The translations under genes were made by a program, and so were the position numbers. A stretch of DNA of 64,000 bases from Lama glama (Eukaryota), in NCBI GenBank assembly GCA_028534125.1, contig CM052816.1:82834001-82898000 (forward strand), written 5' to 3'. The first letter of the stretch is position 1; every line of letters begins with the position of its first letter. Shown here piece after piece: positions 52,060-64,000 of the stretch. The notes beneath the pieces were generated by a model. It was given only the letters and a program-made list of their open reading frames with translations, did no database searches and was not told the origin of the DNA.

Positions 52060-54180
52060 GTCATCATCCACAAATCCTTTACATCCATTGCGTAGCTGTT
52101 ATGTCCATTACATCCTGGACTTTAAAGCCTTCACCACTACTCCACTGTCACAACTCACTCCCATACCACACATTGAAAACTGTCCTGACCTAAAACTGTT
52201 CTTTAGAAATGCCACCCTTTCTGTTCATTTGCATTCCTTATCCAGTAAAATAGCCTCATTTAGGATTATTTTGTATGTAGCTTTCCCTTCACTAAAAAGG
52301 CCCACCTTCAGGTCCCATCTTTGGCCCGTCCTAAAGCTTTGGTCAATCCCAGCACCTCCCCTTCAGTTCCTAGTGTCAGCCTCCATGACTAGAAAAACTA
52401 GCATTTGGCAATTCTTCTGTGACAGCTTCCTTTCTTCTTCCCCTGAGATATTATTCCAAATCTTTATAATTGTTCACAGGGTATCTGTCACATTCCTATG
52501 TATCTCTGCTCTCTCAGAGAGAAAACTTTGTCTTGTGTTTCACAGATAAATGGAAATTATTGGGTGAGAAACCTTCAAATTTCTTATCCTCAAACTAAAA
52601 ACCTATGGCTTCTCCCCAGTGTCTTTCTTCAAGTCTCCATTAAATCTTTTTTGTCCTATCAATGGCTGGTCCTGTGTGTGCTCTGGGTCCTTTTCTTACT
52701 TTTCCTCAGGAAATTTTTCTCCAACAACTATCTCCTCTCTTGTCTGCATATTCAGCCTTGCCTTCTCGCTAGAGTTTCCCCTCACTGGGAAGACACTCCT
52801 AACTCTTTTTCACCTTTAAAACAAAGCCATTCTTTGACTCCATTTTCTCCTGTAATTATATCATCACTCCTTCTCCTTCCCATTCACAAAAAATTTTTTA
52901 GATAGAGTAACTGCCACTTTCTAAAAACCATTAGCACAGAGTAATCTGCCTACCTAGCTCCTTCAATCTGCTCTTTCTGAAGTTGTCAGTGTCCATGTAA
53001 GTGTCAAATCCAAAGGGCATTTTTATGTACTCATTTTCCTTGGCCCCTGTGTGGCATTTCCAATGCTAAACATTCTTTACTTTTAACAATTTTTACATGC
53101 TTGGTAACATCATACCAGTTGTTTTTTTCCCTCTTTGTCCCCTTCATTTCTACCCAGGATCAGTTTTTCGCTCTTTTCCTACCTGTCATTGACATGTCAA
53201 TCTTTCTCTGTTTCATCTATGAATTTCTTACATGCTTAAATTCTACATCCTTGGAGTTACCTGTTGTACACCCATGCTTCATCTGCCATCTATTTACTGG
53301 TAATTCTTAAATTTTACCAACCAGCTTTAATTCCTCTAATACTGTCTATTAAAAATCTAATACAAATTATGTGAATGCCATACAGACATCCAAAACTCAA
53401 TATGACCAAACAGAAGTAATTTTATCTCTACCCAATTTCTCATTCTTTTCTTTATGTTTGAGTTTATACGTAGTATCATTAGCAGCACATCAAGTAGACT
53501 TTAAAAGTCCAGATGATGAAGTAAGACAGCCTAGGTTCACATTCCTTTCTGCATGTGAGCTGTCTAACTACTCTAAGTCTGAGTTTCCCCTTGTGTAGAA
53601 TGGGCATCATAATATTACTACCTTTCCTTGCTAAGGAGGATCATATGAGTTTATATAGGAAACGCCTTTAGCACACAGCCTGTTGCATAATTAGTTGTCA
53701 ATAAACAAAATTTACTTGTTTATTCTCTAATAAGAATAAAAACTAAGAATTTAAATATAACTAAACATAATTTAAGCAGTCATCTAAGTTAGAAACCTAG
53801 GACATATCTCAGACTTCATCTCTCTTTGAGGCTCTTCTGCCATCAGCCACTTAACTTACCCATTTTTATCTCCATAATGCTGTCTTTATTTATTATCTCT
53901 GTATTTCCTATGCCATCATTGCAGGTCAGTCACTTATACCTTGCTTGGACTGCTGCCATAGTATCTGAGTTATCTTGGCATCTCTAACATATCACACCTC
54001 TTTACTTTCTATAGCATATGATTGCCAAGTAATCTTTATAAAAGCAGCACAGTTAGCTGTATTACTCTTCCACTTAAAAACATACATTATATTCAAGATA
54101 AATTCACAATTCTTAGTATGGCATAATCATACTGACCCACTATGATCTATCCTCTTTCTACATATGCTCTGTATCTTGCC
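52060..54180 (+). mobile_element. L2 ORF2/3' fragments with a nested MIR (~53480-53720)
   Basis: gtcaaatccaaagggca..tactcattttccttggcc..gacatccaaaactcaatatgaccaaa..gttagaaacctagga; MIR ctctaagtctgagtttccccttgtgtagaatggg. Confidence 0.7.
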
Positions 54181-54201
54181 ATGCTCCTAGTGTAACTATT
54201 T

Positions 54202-54341
54202 TAAAAAAAAACTTTTTTGGGGGGTGGTGTAGTTAAGTTTATTGATTTATTTACTTACTTTTATTTGTTTATTTTTCATGGAGGTACTGGGGATTGAACT
54301 CAGGACCTCATGCTCTACCACTGAGCTACACCCTATCCCCC
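54202..54341 (-). mobile_element. Vic-1-type SINE (small internal deletion) with TSD
   Basis: ggaggtactggggattgaactcaggacctcatgctctaccactgagcta; TSD ctcctagtgtaac (54184-54196) / ctcccagtgtaac (54343-54355). Confidence 0.9.
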
Positions 54342-56199
54342 ACTCCCAGTGTAACATATTTTCACTATACTAAATTGTTTCCTGGGCTTTGAACAAACTC
54401 TATAGACTTACAATACTTCAATTTTTTTCTCTTCTTGGGGATGTATTTTCCTTTTTTTCCAATTTTTACTTACACAGTTTATTTAAAATTCAATCTTTGG
54501 CAGATCTTTGGAATTTTTTCTTATCTACCTATATTATGTTTACTTAATACTTTCTTTAAATTGCCTTGCTCTGGCTTTTTTTTAACTTAATATATTTTTA
54601 AAAGAAAACCTCCTATCCATGCTATAAATTTAAGATTATTACATTTGCAATAAATAATTGGTAATTATTAATGTTAACACAATAAACACAAAATAATTAT
54701 GTTACATTCTAGTTAGATGCCACACCTTAGCAAAGAGGTAAGTAGCCTTAGATATAATAGCCATTTCCCAAATGAGGAAAAATGCTCTATATTACAAATA
54801 ATCTTCATAAAATGTAAAAACTGGGAGGTGAAGTCTGATTACAAAACCATATCTTATACTGGAGACAATCTATTCTCCTTTCTCCTGTTTTAACAAGTAA
54901 ATTTTTCTTAAGATTGCTCGTTTCTTTTATTAATAGAACTTTTTATTCATGTTGCTTATAAATTCCCTTCTCTGCTTTAGTATATTAGTTAGTAGACTCA
55001 CCATAAATTAATTTACATAGAAATGTCCAATTTTGTACCCGTTGTCCCAATATAATTATTAATATTGTCTACTTTAACTCCCCAAAGTACACCAATATGA
55101 ATAATACAGTATATGGTTGCATTTCTTCTAATCTATCTGCTTTTGATGGAGGCTATGATCCAGAGTTATTTTTCTTTTGAAGTCATTACATTCCTCAAAT
55201 GTCTTATTATTTAGGCCCAGGAGTTATAGTCCCTTGGTGTCATTGGTTACTTATCAATCAATGAATACGGGAAAGGGCCAGATCACCATACCCATCACCT
55301 TTGAGTTTAGTACTAGGGTTGATTGGACCCAACGTAAAAAGCCCTAAGCACCAAAAAACACATTCAGTCACTTCTCATTCTAAGTCCTCAACTCAGGGTT
55401 TCATCTTTTCCTCCATTACAGAAATGACTTTAGGAAGAGCTACTTTGGGTTTTAATTCATGAGCCATCAGTAAGCAAATTTACCCTGGGTTAACTGAGCC
55501 CCACCCATTTTTCTCAACTACTTGCATCACATCCATGATGTCCTGATTTTACTCGAGGACACATGGACCAGAGCACTAAGTCACTGCCTGAAGTAGTTGG
55601 CATTATTTGTCCAAAGCCAACAGTGGAGTGGGGCAGAGATGACAGTGACTGGACAGGTGGATGGTAGGTGAATGTTTACAGGCCAAAGAAGAGGTGGTAG
55701 ATGAGAGAGCAAGACTCCATCACATACCATATTATATTCCTGCCATAGGGGTGCCTGCCTGCCTCCTCCTTCAATATAAAGCCACCACTCCGGCCACACC
55801 AATTAAACACAGTCCTCTGTTACTTCATGGCTTTCTCACCATTTTTTACTTTCTTGATTTCCCTCTGTAGTTCCTCCAGGCATTGATCTTTCAGGAGGGC
55901 TATAAGAGTAGTACTGACTTCAGTGTCTTCAAAGGAATTAGAATTAGATCACAATCTAATCAGGACCTGTTTTAATTTTTCCATGCCCTAAAATACACTC
56001 ATTAAATAATGTTTGGATGGTGACTAGCAAGACTCTCTTAGAGCAAGGACAGTCTGCTATCAGTGGGCATTTACTGGTACGTCTCTAAAATTATGCACAA
56101 TTTATCACATGACACTCTTCTTAACATCTCTTTCTGAATATCTTAAAATACTATCTAGACTTATATAATGACATTATTTCCTTCAAATAAAAACGTGTA

Positions 56200-56775
56200 C
56201 CATGTTTACCTCACATTGTTGAGTGGCACATTACCACATATTCAGCAGCTCTCATTATCTCACAGTTCTGTTGGTTGGAATTCCAGACTCTTTGTGAGTA
56301 GTTCTCTGCTCAGAGTGTCACAGGTTGAAATCAGCTTCAGCTAAATCTGCTATTTCACCTGAAGCTTAGGGATCTCTTATAAAGCTCCTAACTTATTGGA
56401 AGAATGTATTTCCTTGTGGTTGTAGGTCTGAGGTACCCATTATGCTTCTGGCTGTCACAAGGGGCTGTTCATAGCTCCCAGAGGCCACCTACCATTCCCT
56501 GCCTAATCTTCTCCATAACACGGCAGTGTGCTTCTTTAAGGTCTCGCATAAGAATCTCTCTGACTCTTTTTAATGATATTATCTATCCAACATAATATCC
56601 CTTTCAATTAATTCAAAATAAACTGATTAGAGTTCATAATTATATCAGCGAAATTCCTTCTTCCATGTAACATAACATAATTATTGAAGGATATCCCATC
56701 AGATTCCCAAATCCTAGGAGATTACATAGGCTAGGTACCCTATGTGGCTATATTAGAATTTTATAATGCTGCACA
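56200..56775 (-). mobile_element. MLT1E/F-type LTR
   Basis: ttatctcacagttctg..caggttgaaatca..tatttccttgtggttgtaggtctgagg..ggagattacatagg. Confidence 0.75.
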
Positions 56776-58169
56776 GCAAGAAATAAATATATTAATTATA
56801 GATGGTTAATACTTTAGTCAATAAAGAGTAAATAGCAATTTCTACACCATCCATTAATAATTTAAGATCCAGACTCTTAATGTTTAAGTCCTTCAAAAAT
56901 GTAAACTAAAATGGACAAGAATGAAAGACTACTGAGTAATTTAAGAAAGTCTTTTGACAAGAATTCAGCCCTAGAGTAAATATTAGCACCTTAAAATAAT
57001 TAATAAGTAAGCAATAATTAATTTTTCCATTTTATTTATTTTCAGTTCAGAGCAAGTGGCTTTATGAGATCTATGATTTAATTACAAAAGATCAAAAAAT
57101 TCTAAATAATAAAGTCCCTAATAATAATTGTATCTCCATGTGGTAGATTCTTCTCTTTCTTGACACATTCTTCTCAATAATGCCAAGTCTATTTTTCCAA
57201 ATCTCTTAATTGCTTTAAAATAGATAAATTTCTGCTACCTCATCACGTAAACAATATTTTTTACACTGATCTTTAGTCTAAAGGAGTAAATCTAAATACG
57301 ACTGTTCGTTTCAGAACAGTCATATAAATGCCTCAGTTTTAAAATATACATACGGTAATGCACATTGCAGTCTTTCTCAAACATATAAACGCTGCTAGAA
57401 ATTTTATCGAAATTCTGTGAATACATAATAGTGGCATTAAATTGGGATATAGAAACCTTGACCAGTGCAAAGCTTGCAGTGGCCTGGTATAACTGGTGTA
57501 CGGATCCCATGGAAATATTGATGAACAGTAGTTAAGGGTAGTGATATATTTAAACATATTGTTTTTGAAGTCAAGGTGTGATTCTGATCCACAAACAAAA
57601 CTCAAAATATATTTGCTCCTTTGGTCATTTACTTACAAATTTTAATCATTTTAAAATACAGGGAATAAAATGCTCCCTTTCAATTTATTTTCTTCCCTGC
57701 TGAAATCCCTCCCTCCTTCCTTCCTTCCTTTTTGCCTACCCTCCTTCTTTCCAATTGAATTTGCTAACTATAGATCTCGGAATAGAGGCACTTGTACTAC
57801 ATTTCACGCACTAGTCCACCCTCAGTCGTTTCATTCTTATTAAAACAGATGTATGAAAAATCCAAGGGTAAGGAAGTTATAGTTAATAGCGGTCTTATAC
57901 GGCATGGAAAACTATGTGTGTTTGAATACAGTTAATGTAATTCTTCACTTTACATTAAGATTCTCTATAGGTAACAAGTTTATCGATCTAAAAATAGAGG
58001 CACTGCTAATAAGTAAATTGCAACAGGCTGTATGTTCCATGTGGAGTCAAGTATTCATAAGTTCTTTGTGAGATTTCTCTCTATGCTTGAGAATGATCAC
58101 AGGTATCAGTGAACATTTCTTCTGAGGACTGATACACTATTTTGACCTAGGTTTCAGGTTATATTGTTA

Positions 58170-58415
58170 GAGGTAATAGAGCATGATAGGAAAGAGAAGA
58201 GATGTGGGAATCGAGGAGATGGGGTTCAGATTTTTTCTACTTTGGTTATCTTAGGCAGATTGCCTAATCATTTAGGACTTGATTACACTTCTGTTAAGCT
58301 GAAATAATAAAAAGACATTACTCATAAAGTGATATCATTGTTAGAGGATAAAATGAGATATATAAAGTGCTTAATGTAGTACCCAACATATAATAAATAT
58401 TTAGTAAATGGTAGT
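58170..58415 (+). mobile_element. MIR
   Basis: gatggggttcag..cttaggcagattgcctaa..aggataaaatgagatatataaagtgctt. Confidence 0.75.
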
Positions 58416-60149
58416 ACTTTAAGTTCCTTGAAAAATATTTCCATAATCTAGTGAGTTTGGACAATATCCCATACTTTATCTATGATTTGGCAACAATGCA
58501 CAAGGGCTAATGAAATACTCAGGGGAAACTTATGGTCTTTTTCATGTATTTATTTAAGCCTAATATTAAGTGAATTATTTGATGGGGAGCGTGTGTGTGG
58601 TGAGAGAGAGAGAGAGATATTAATGTTTCATTTTACTTTCATTCTGGAATAAACTGCTCTATTGCTCTATTTCTTCTTTATCTTTCCATCATCATAAATA
58701 ATGATCTTTCTGTTATATAAGCCTGTAATGATATAAAATAATTTGAATTGGCAAAGTTAAAATTGCATGTGAAAGCATTTTCTGTTGATTAAAGCAGTTC
58801 TTGAAATTCCAGACTGAAATTTTTACTTTTACTTTTTGCTTCATAGTAGAAGTGTGGTGTTTTTTTCATTCAAGGTGATAATACATATTTGTTTGGAAAA
58901 ATAATCAGAGTTCTAGAGATTTCTTTACCAACTTCTTCTGGAAACATTCCAAATATTATTAGTGTAAACTAGATCTCCCTATTTGATCATTTAAATTCCC
59001 ATAGACATTTCTCAAACATGTATCAAATTTTGAAGTTTTTATATTGGGAATTGTTCAGCACCTTCTTCAGTTATTAAGTATACCCCAACCCTTAACACAA
59101 GGTCAGTTCACTATTTAATGCTATAAGAAAGCACTTTGAGAATTTATTAAAACTATTTCTATTTTACTATTAAACACTCTCGAATGCATGTAAATTTCAA
59201 ATCAAACACTTTAGGAGAAATTCAAATTTAGGAGAAATGCAGGTATATTTAAAGCATAATTTTTTGAGTCATGAACTGGGGATTGAAGAAGGGATAAAGA
59301 AAAGCGTAAGAAAAGATGTGTAGTCGAAGCTAAATGGCTATGATTTAATCAATTGGGAAATTCTCTTTCCAGATGTTACCCTTGGAGCATATTTGTAGCA
59401 GCTGTGCACATTTTCTATATTACAGGAGCAGCAAAATGTCCTTCGTTTAACTTACTTCTTTTCCCAGAGACAACACTGGCAGGTTGAAATGGCTCTCTGA
59501 GCACAACTGAATGCACAGCTTTTAAATGGGGGGGGGGGGCGTGCAGAGGGTAACATTATGGCTTAGCAGTAGTTCTCAGGAAAGCAAAAACAAGGAGTTA
59601 AGTATATTCACATTCTTTTAATGATTATTGTTTTTATTCCCTTTTAAGAGTTAAAAATGTAAATTTATCAAAAACAATGTTTGTTTTTTTTTTTGTCCTT
59701 CTGTTGTTAAGATTGTTTCCCTAAACATCCTAATATCATGTCCTCCCAGGACCAGGTTCAGGACAGACTCTCACACAAAGATAACAGGGATGCAGGATGT
59801 TAATCTTCCTCATCTGCCTCTTTCCCCTTCTTGTTCCCTTGCCCCAGCTTGCCCCCACCTTCATATGCCATGTGGCACATAATCATTATTCCCCCAACAA
59901 ATCTGCTCACAAAAAGATTTTATTTTATTTTTTCATGAATTTATGCCCAAATGTTATCACTGTAAAGTGTATTTGCATTTTAAACCTTATCTCAGACTGT
60001 GGAAGCAAAGAATTTAACACCCTGTTAAGGGGATTTTAAGCATCACTTGGCAGGCTGGGGTGTGTTTTCTGTGAGCAAATCCTTTTTCTACTTCTCAGAA
60101 ATTGTATTCTCTGTAGTTGCTTCTCCAGGTGGGAAGGCAAAATAGCTCA

Positions 60150-60365
60150 GAAATAAAATCACTGGGTTTAGAGACAGGCAGGCATGAAATTTAGATCCCT
60201 GCTTTTGCCAGTTACCTTCTGAATGATCTGGGAAACGTTATTTAACCTTTCATTTTTCATTTCAGTTAAGTGACTTAAGTAATCAACTCAACCTCATAAG
60301 GCTGCGGTGAGAATTGAATAGGTTATTGACAAAAGTATATGATTAATAAATGTAACTATTATTAT
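60150..60365 (+). mobile_element. MIR
   Basis: gggtttagagacaggcagg..gttatttaacct..acctcataaggctgcggtgagaattgaat. Confidence 0.75.
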
Positions 60366-61369
60366 TTCATTAGCCTGGTTTTGCCTGAAGAGTTAGAGTA
60401 TTCGATTTACCTTTAATTGTTATTACTTCTAATAAAAGCAGTGCGGGTCTTATTCACTCTCATACAAAATGTTAAAAACTCTTAAGCAATCTGTCCACTT
60501 AGATGGCTGCCTGTGTCCAGTACAACACCCCTGGAATTCTCGGTGTTTCCACTTGAGCACCTGCTGCCACATCATATTCAGCATTTTCTCTGTTCTCCTT
60601 TGCACTGCAATCAATACTTAACTACAGCTGTCTGGCCTCCTTCTGACAACAAACAATGCGTGAGAACAGGAATGCCTCATATTCAGCAAGTATAAAGCAG
60701 ATCAGAGAGCAAGAAAAGTCAACTATAAACTCACAGATTAGCCTAGCACCAACAGCACAGAAATGCAAATTTCCTACCTTCTTACTATTCAGGAATGAGA
60801 TTCTAGCTCCACAAACTAAGGTCTGTCTTAGCTGGCTTTCTGTACATGACAAACTAGTGGTGATACCCAGTGATACTTTCAAAACTTTCATTTCTCTAGA
60901 TAATAATATCTGGCTATCTGATAACACCTCAATATTAATCCATTCCTATGGCTCACTGCTTTTATTAAATTAAACAATTCACATTCATTCAACATTTGCT
61001 AAATACCAGCATTATGCTTCTCATGAGTCAAAGAATTAATGTGCTCACCCAGGACCTGGGCCTTTTTAGAATAATCTGTTCTAATGTGGTCAGAGATAAA
61101 TTCTCTTTATTATTGCCTGGACCATGTTTTATTCAAACATTACCCCCATTCTCTAATCATGCAGTAACAAAACTGACCAGCTTTGAATTCTAGCTAATTC
61201 TTCCTTGGTAATGGTTCCAGAAGCTCCCATCTCATTTTTAAATTCTGATTACCATTAAATTAATTCAAGTTCTTATTTTATGTTAATACACATTCATGGA
61301 TTCACTCTTTATTTCAATTTCAAAATATTTAATCTGAGTGAAGATATATTTAAGTCACTTTCCACCTTG

Positions 61370-61880
61370 CCATTCATATACAAATACACAAATAAATAAA
61401 CATGTGTGAATACACCTCATCTCGTATCATACACAAATATTAATTCCTGGTGGAGTAAAGAGCTAAATCAAAAAGGAAGAGCTTTAAAAATGGTGCTGAA
61501 AAATATTGAAGCATTTCTTCATGATATCTGGTTAGGAAAAGATTTCTCAAACATGGTATAAAAAAGAATCATGAAGGAAAATTTTAATTAATTTGACTAC
61601 ATTAATATCAAAACTTGCTGTTCACCAAGTAGCATCTTAAAGTATTCCAAGAAGACACCTTAGACTCTGAGAAGACATTTGATTTGCAATGCACAGGCAA
61701 TGCCTATAGAATTCAGAATATATTAGAAACCTCATGGGAAAAAAACTGGCAAGTTTCTATTTTGTCAAGAGACTACAAATACTGTTCCACACCATTGTAT
61801 GGGTAAGAAGTTAGAGTATCTAAAAACAGTCATTGCTAAATTACAAGAACTTTTATACTGCTAGGTAGAGTATATTAATT
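61370..61880 (+). mobile_element. L1ME-type ORF2 3' remnant
   Basis: acctcatctcgtatcatacacaaatattaattcc..ggaaaagatttct..aatttgactacattaa. Confidence 0.7.
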
Positions 61881-62514
61881 AATAGGGAGTATTTTAAATA
61901 GAATGTATGTTTTGCAACATAAGTACAAAATAAGAAATCAAAATTTATTTATCTTGCATGGAAAACTCCAACCCATGGTATTTCCGTAACTTGGAAGTCT
62001 CCAAAGAACCCAGCTTCTATTTTATTCTATCATTGTGCTGGGCCCAAGATGAGCCATTACCATTTGTTAACTGACAACAATGAAGAATGTCTTTTGAAAA
62101 ATCAGGAGGAAAAAGAGAAATGACAAATATTTGACAACTAGAGAGAAAGCCATATTTAAGAGAGAGTTTTTACATTTAATAGTGCATTCTCAATAAATAA
62201 TTACTGAGCAACTATTACATACCAGGAACTGCACTAGAATCTTTCTCTACATAGCATTCTAAGAAGTTACCACCATTGGAGCTGGTCACTGAGACAAACT
62301 AATATTTAATCATCAGTATGTATCTTTTATCTGCCAATAAATCAAGATTTTATTTTGAAATATAATATCAATTTTTGCTTAAAATGTATGCCAGTTTTCC
62401 TCCTGAAAACTTGGACCAGGTAGTCATTTCATAGTATAACCTCTAAATATGGTTCCCTAAACAGACCAAATAACTAAATAAATACTAATTCAATGAATTC
62501 TTTAATTTATATGT

Positions 62515-62900
62515 TTATGCATTCATTATAGATATGTTGAACTTTGACATGTTTCAGATACCATGTCAGATTCTAATTAAAATAATAATATTAAAAATAT
62601 TGATTCTCAAAAAGCTTCTATACTTTTGTGGGAAAACACATATTAATAATTATAAAAGAATGGGTTAAACATAATGATAAAGCTATATCCAGAAATGTAC
62701 TGGGTCATAAAGAAGGATTGCCTCTCTGATAGGTTAAGAGGTTAGGTAAATCTTTCTAGGTAATATGATGCCTAAATTGAAAGATGGGTTGGAATTTGTC
62801 AAATTTAAGTATGTAGGGGGTGATAGGACATTTTAGGCAGACAGACAAAGCATATAAAAACGATGAGATAAAAAAGGAAAGTGACTATAATCAAGATTTA
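62515..62900 (-). mobile_element. L2 fragment
   Basis: cattcattatagatatgttga..ctaaattgaaagatgggttggaattt..acattttaggcagacag. Confidence 0.55.
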
Positions 62901-64000
62901 GAATATTCAGCACAGAATATTTTCACCTCAATTTATTTTTGCACACATATTTTTGAAGGAAAGTGTCAGATTCTCAGACACCTCTATTTTTGGTCCCATG
63001 TTATAATCTATTATAGTGCTGAAATTATGGAAGAAGAAAGAAAAGATAGGTGAGGAAGAGAAAGATAAGAAGATAGACTATAGCAGGAAGAGGGGGAGAC
63101 ACATAATAAGAAAGGGAGAAGGAGAGGGAGAAGTAGAAGAAAAAAATCTCAAGGGAAAATGTGTGAAATGCATCTTTAGAAATGTAAGCACATTATCATC
63201 AATTAGTTGTAATTATATTGCAGGAGACTCACTAATGTATCGATTTACTAATTATTCTTTCCTTATTTTCTTAATATTCTCTTACACGTATTTGGCTACC
63301 GTTTTAAAAAGTAAAAAGAAGCAGATACTAGCCATTAGTTCAAACGTCTGGTAGTAAAAACTATTATGCATTGTAAATTAATTATAGATTAAAATACTCC
63401 AGATTAATGTTTGCTTCTGTTCTAAAAAAGTCCCTGTGGTCGTCTGACATGAATACTCCATAATGTCCAATAATTACTCAGCTAAGGCATCATTAAGGCT
63501 GTGATATTTATTTGTAACGTCTCTCTAAAGCCAGATTTACATGACAGAATTTTCATCAACAACTAAGGCAAATGGTTGTTCTAGTCCAGATAACTGTATT
63601 TTGTCATAAAAGTAAAGCTATGAGAAGTTTACAAAAAAAAAAAATCCATTCTGTGTCCTGAGTTAAGCTTATAAAAACATATTTAACTGACAATGTAGAT
63701 AATTTTTAGTGATAATAAAAGCATAATGCAAACTGAATTGAAAACCTCTTAACTCTCAAGCATTACGTCTGCATTCTTCACTTTCAATCATTGACAAAAA
63801 TGTTAAGCCTTCTTTTCCTAATAATTCCATACTCTATAAACAAAAAAAGTAATTTCCGTTTACCCAGTGGCTATCCATGTGGAGTCTAGCGTTTTACTGC
63901 GTACTCAAATTTTCCAATTCACCCAACTCTTACTAGAAGGCGCTTTCTTTATGTGCTGCTATTGGATCCCAACGTTTGCATTTATGCCCTTGATCGAATT

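Noticed and set aside
52058..52905. 163-aa and 135-aa ORFs
   Set aside because: They lie in pyrimidine-rich L2 remnants and give low-information L/S/F-rich translations.
57290..57605. CpG-retaining patch with overlapping ORFs and an 8-bp hairpin (57300-57321)
   Set aside because: No recognisable protein or RNA family; hairpin length is within chance expectation.
63840..64000. Slight CpG enrichment and ATTGG at the window end as a promoter
   Set aside because: Too short and AT-rich to be a CpG island; cannot be judged without downstream sequence.
1..64000. Prokaryotic features (operons, CRISPR arrays)
   Set aside because: The sequence is mammalian repeat-rich DNA with no regularly spaced repeat-spacer array or gene-dense ORFs.

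Overview
AT-rich mammalian non-coding DNA. It is very probably camelid, because it carries three Vic-1-type tRNA-derived SINEs and artiodactyl-type L1 3' ends. The window is dominated by old interspersed repeats (L1M/L1ME/HAL1-like, L2, MIR, MLT1/MLT2 LTRs, MER58) and microsatellites. No host protein-coding exon could be supported, and the supplied ORFs are mostly spurious or repeat-derived. The standout feature is a heavily decayed endogenous bornavirus-like element at ~3.7-6.3 kb (+ strand). By-eye translation across stops and frameshifts gives colinear matches over nearly the full length of a bornaviral glycoprotein G. This is followed by a matrix (M)-like gene, a TAAAAAA signal and the N-terminus of L, and is possibly preceded by a P fragment. 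The G-before-M order is that of Carbovirus/Cultervirus, not Orthobornavirus. All alignments were made by eye against remembered BoDV-1 proteins and need tBLASTn/HMM confirmation. Repeat subfamily names and most repeat boundaries are approximate.
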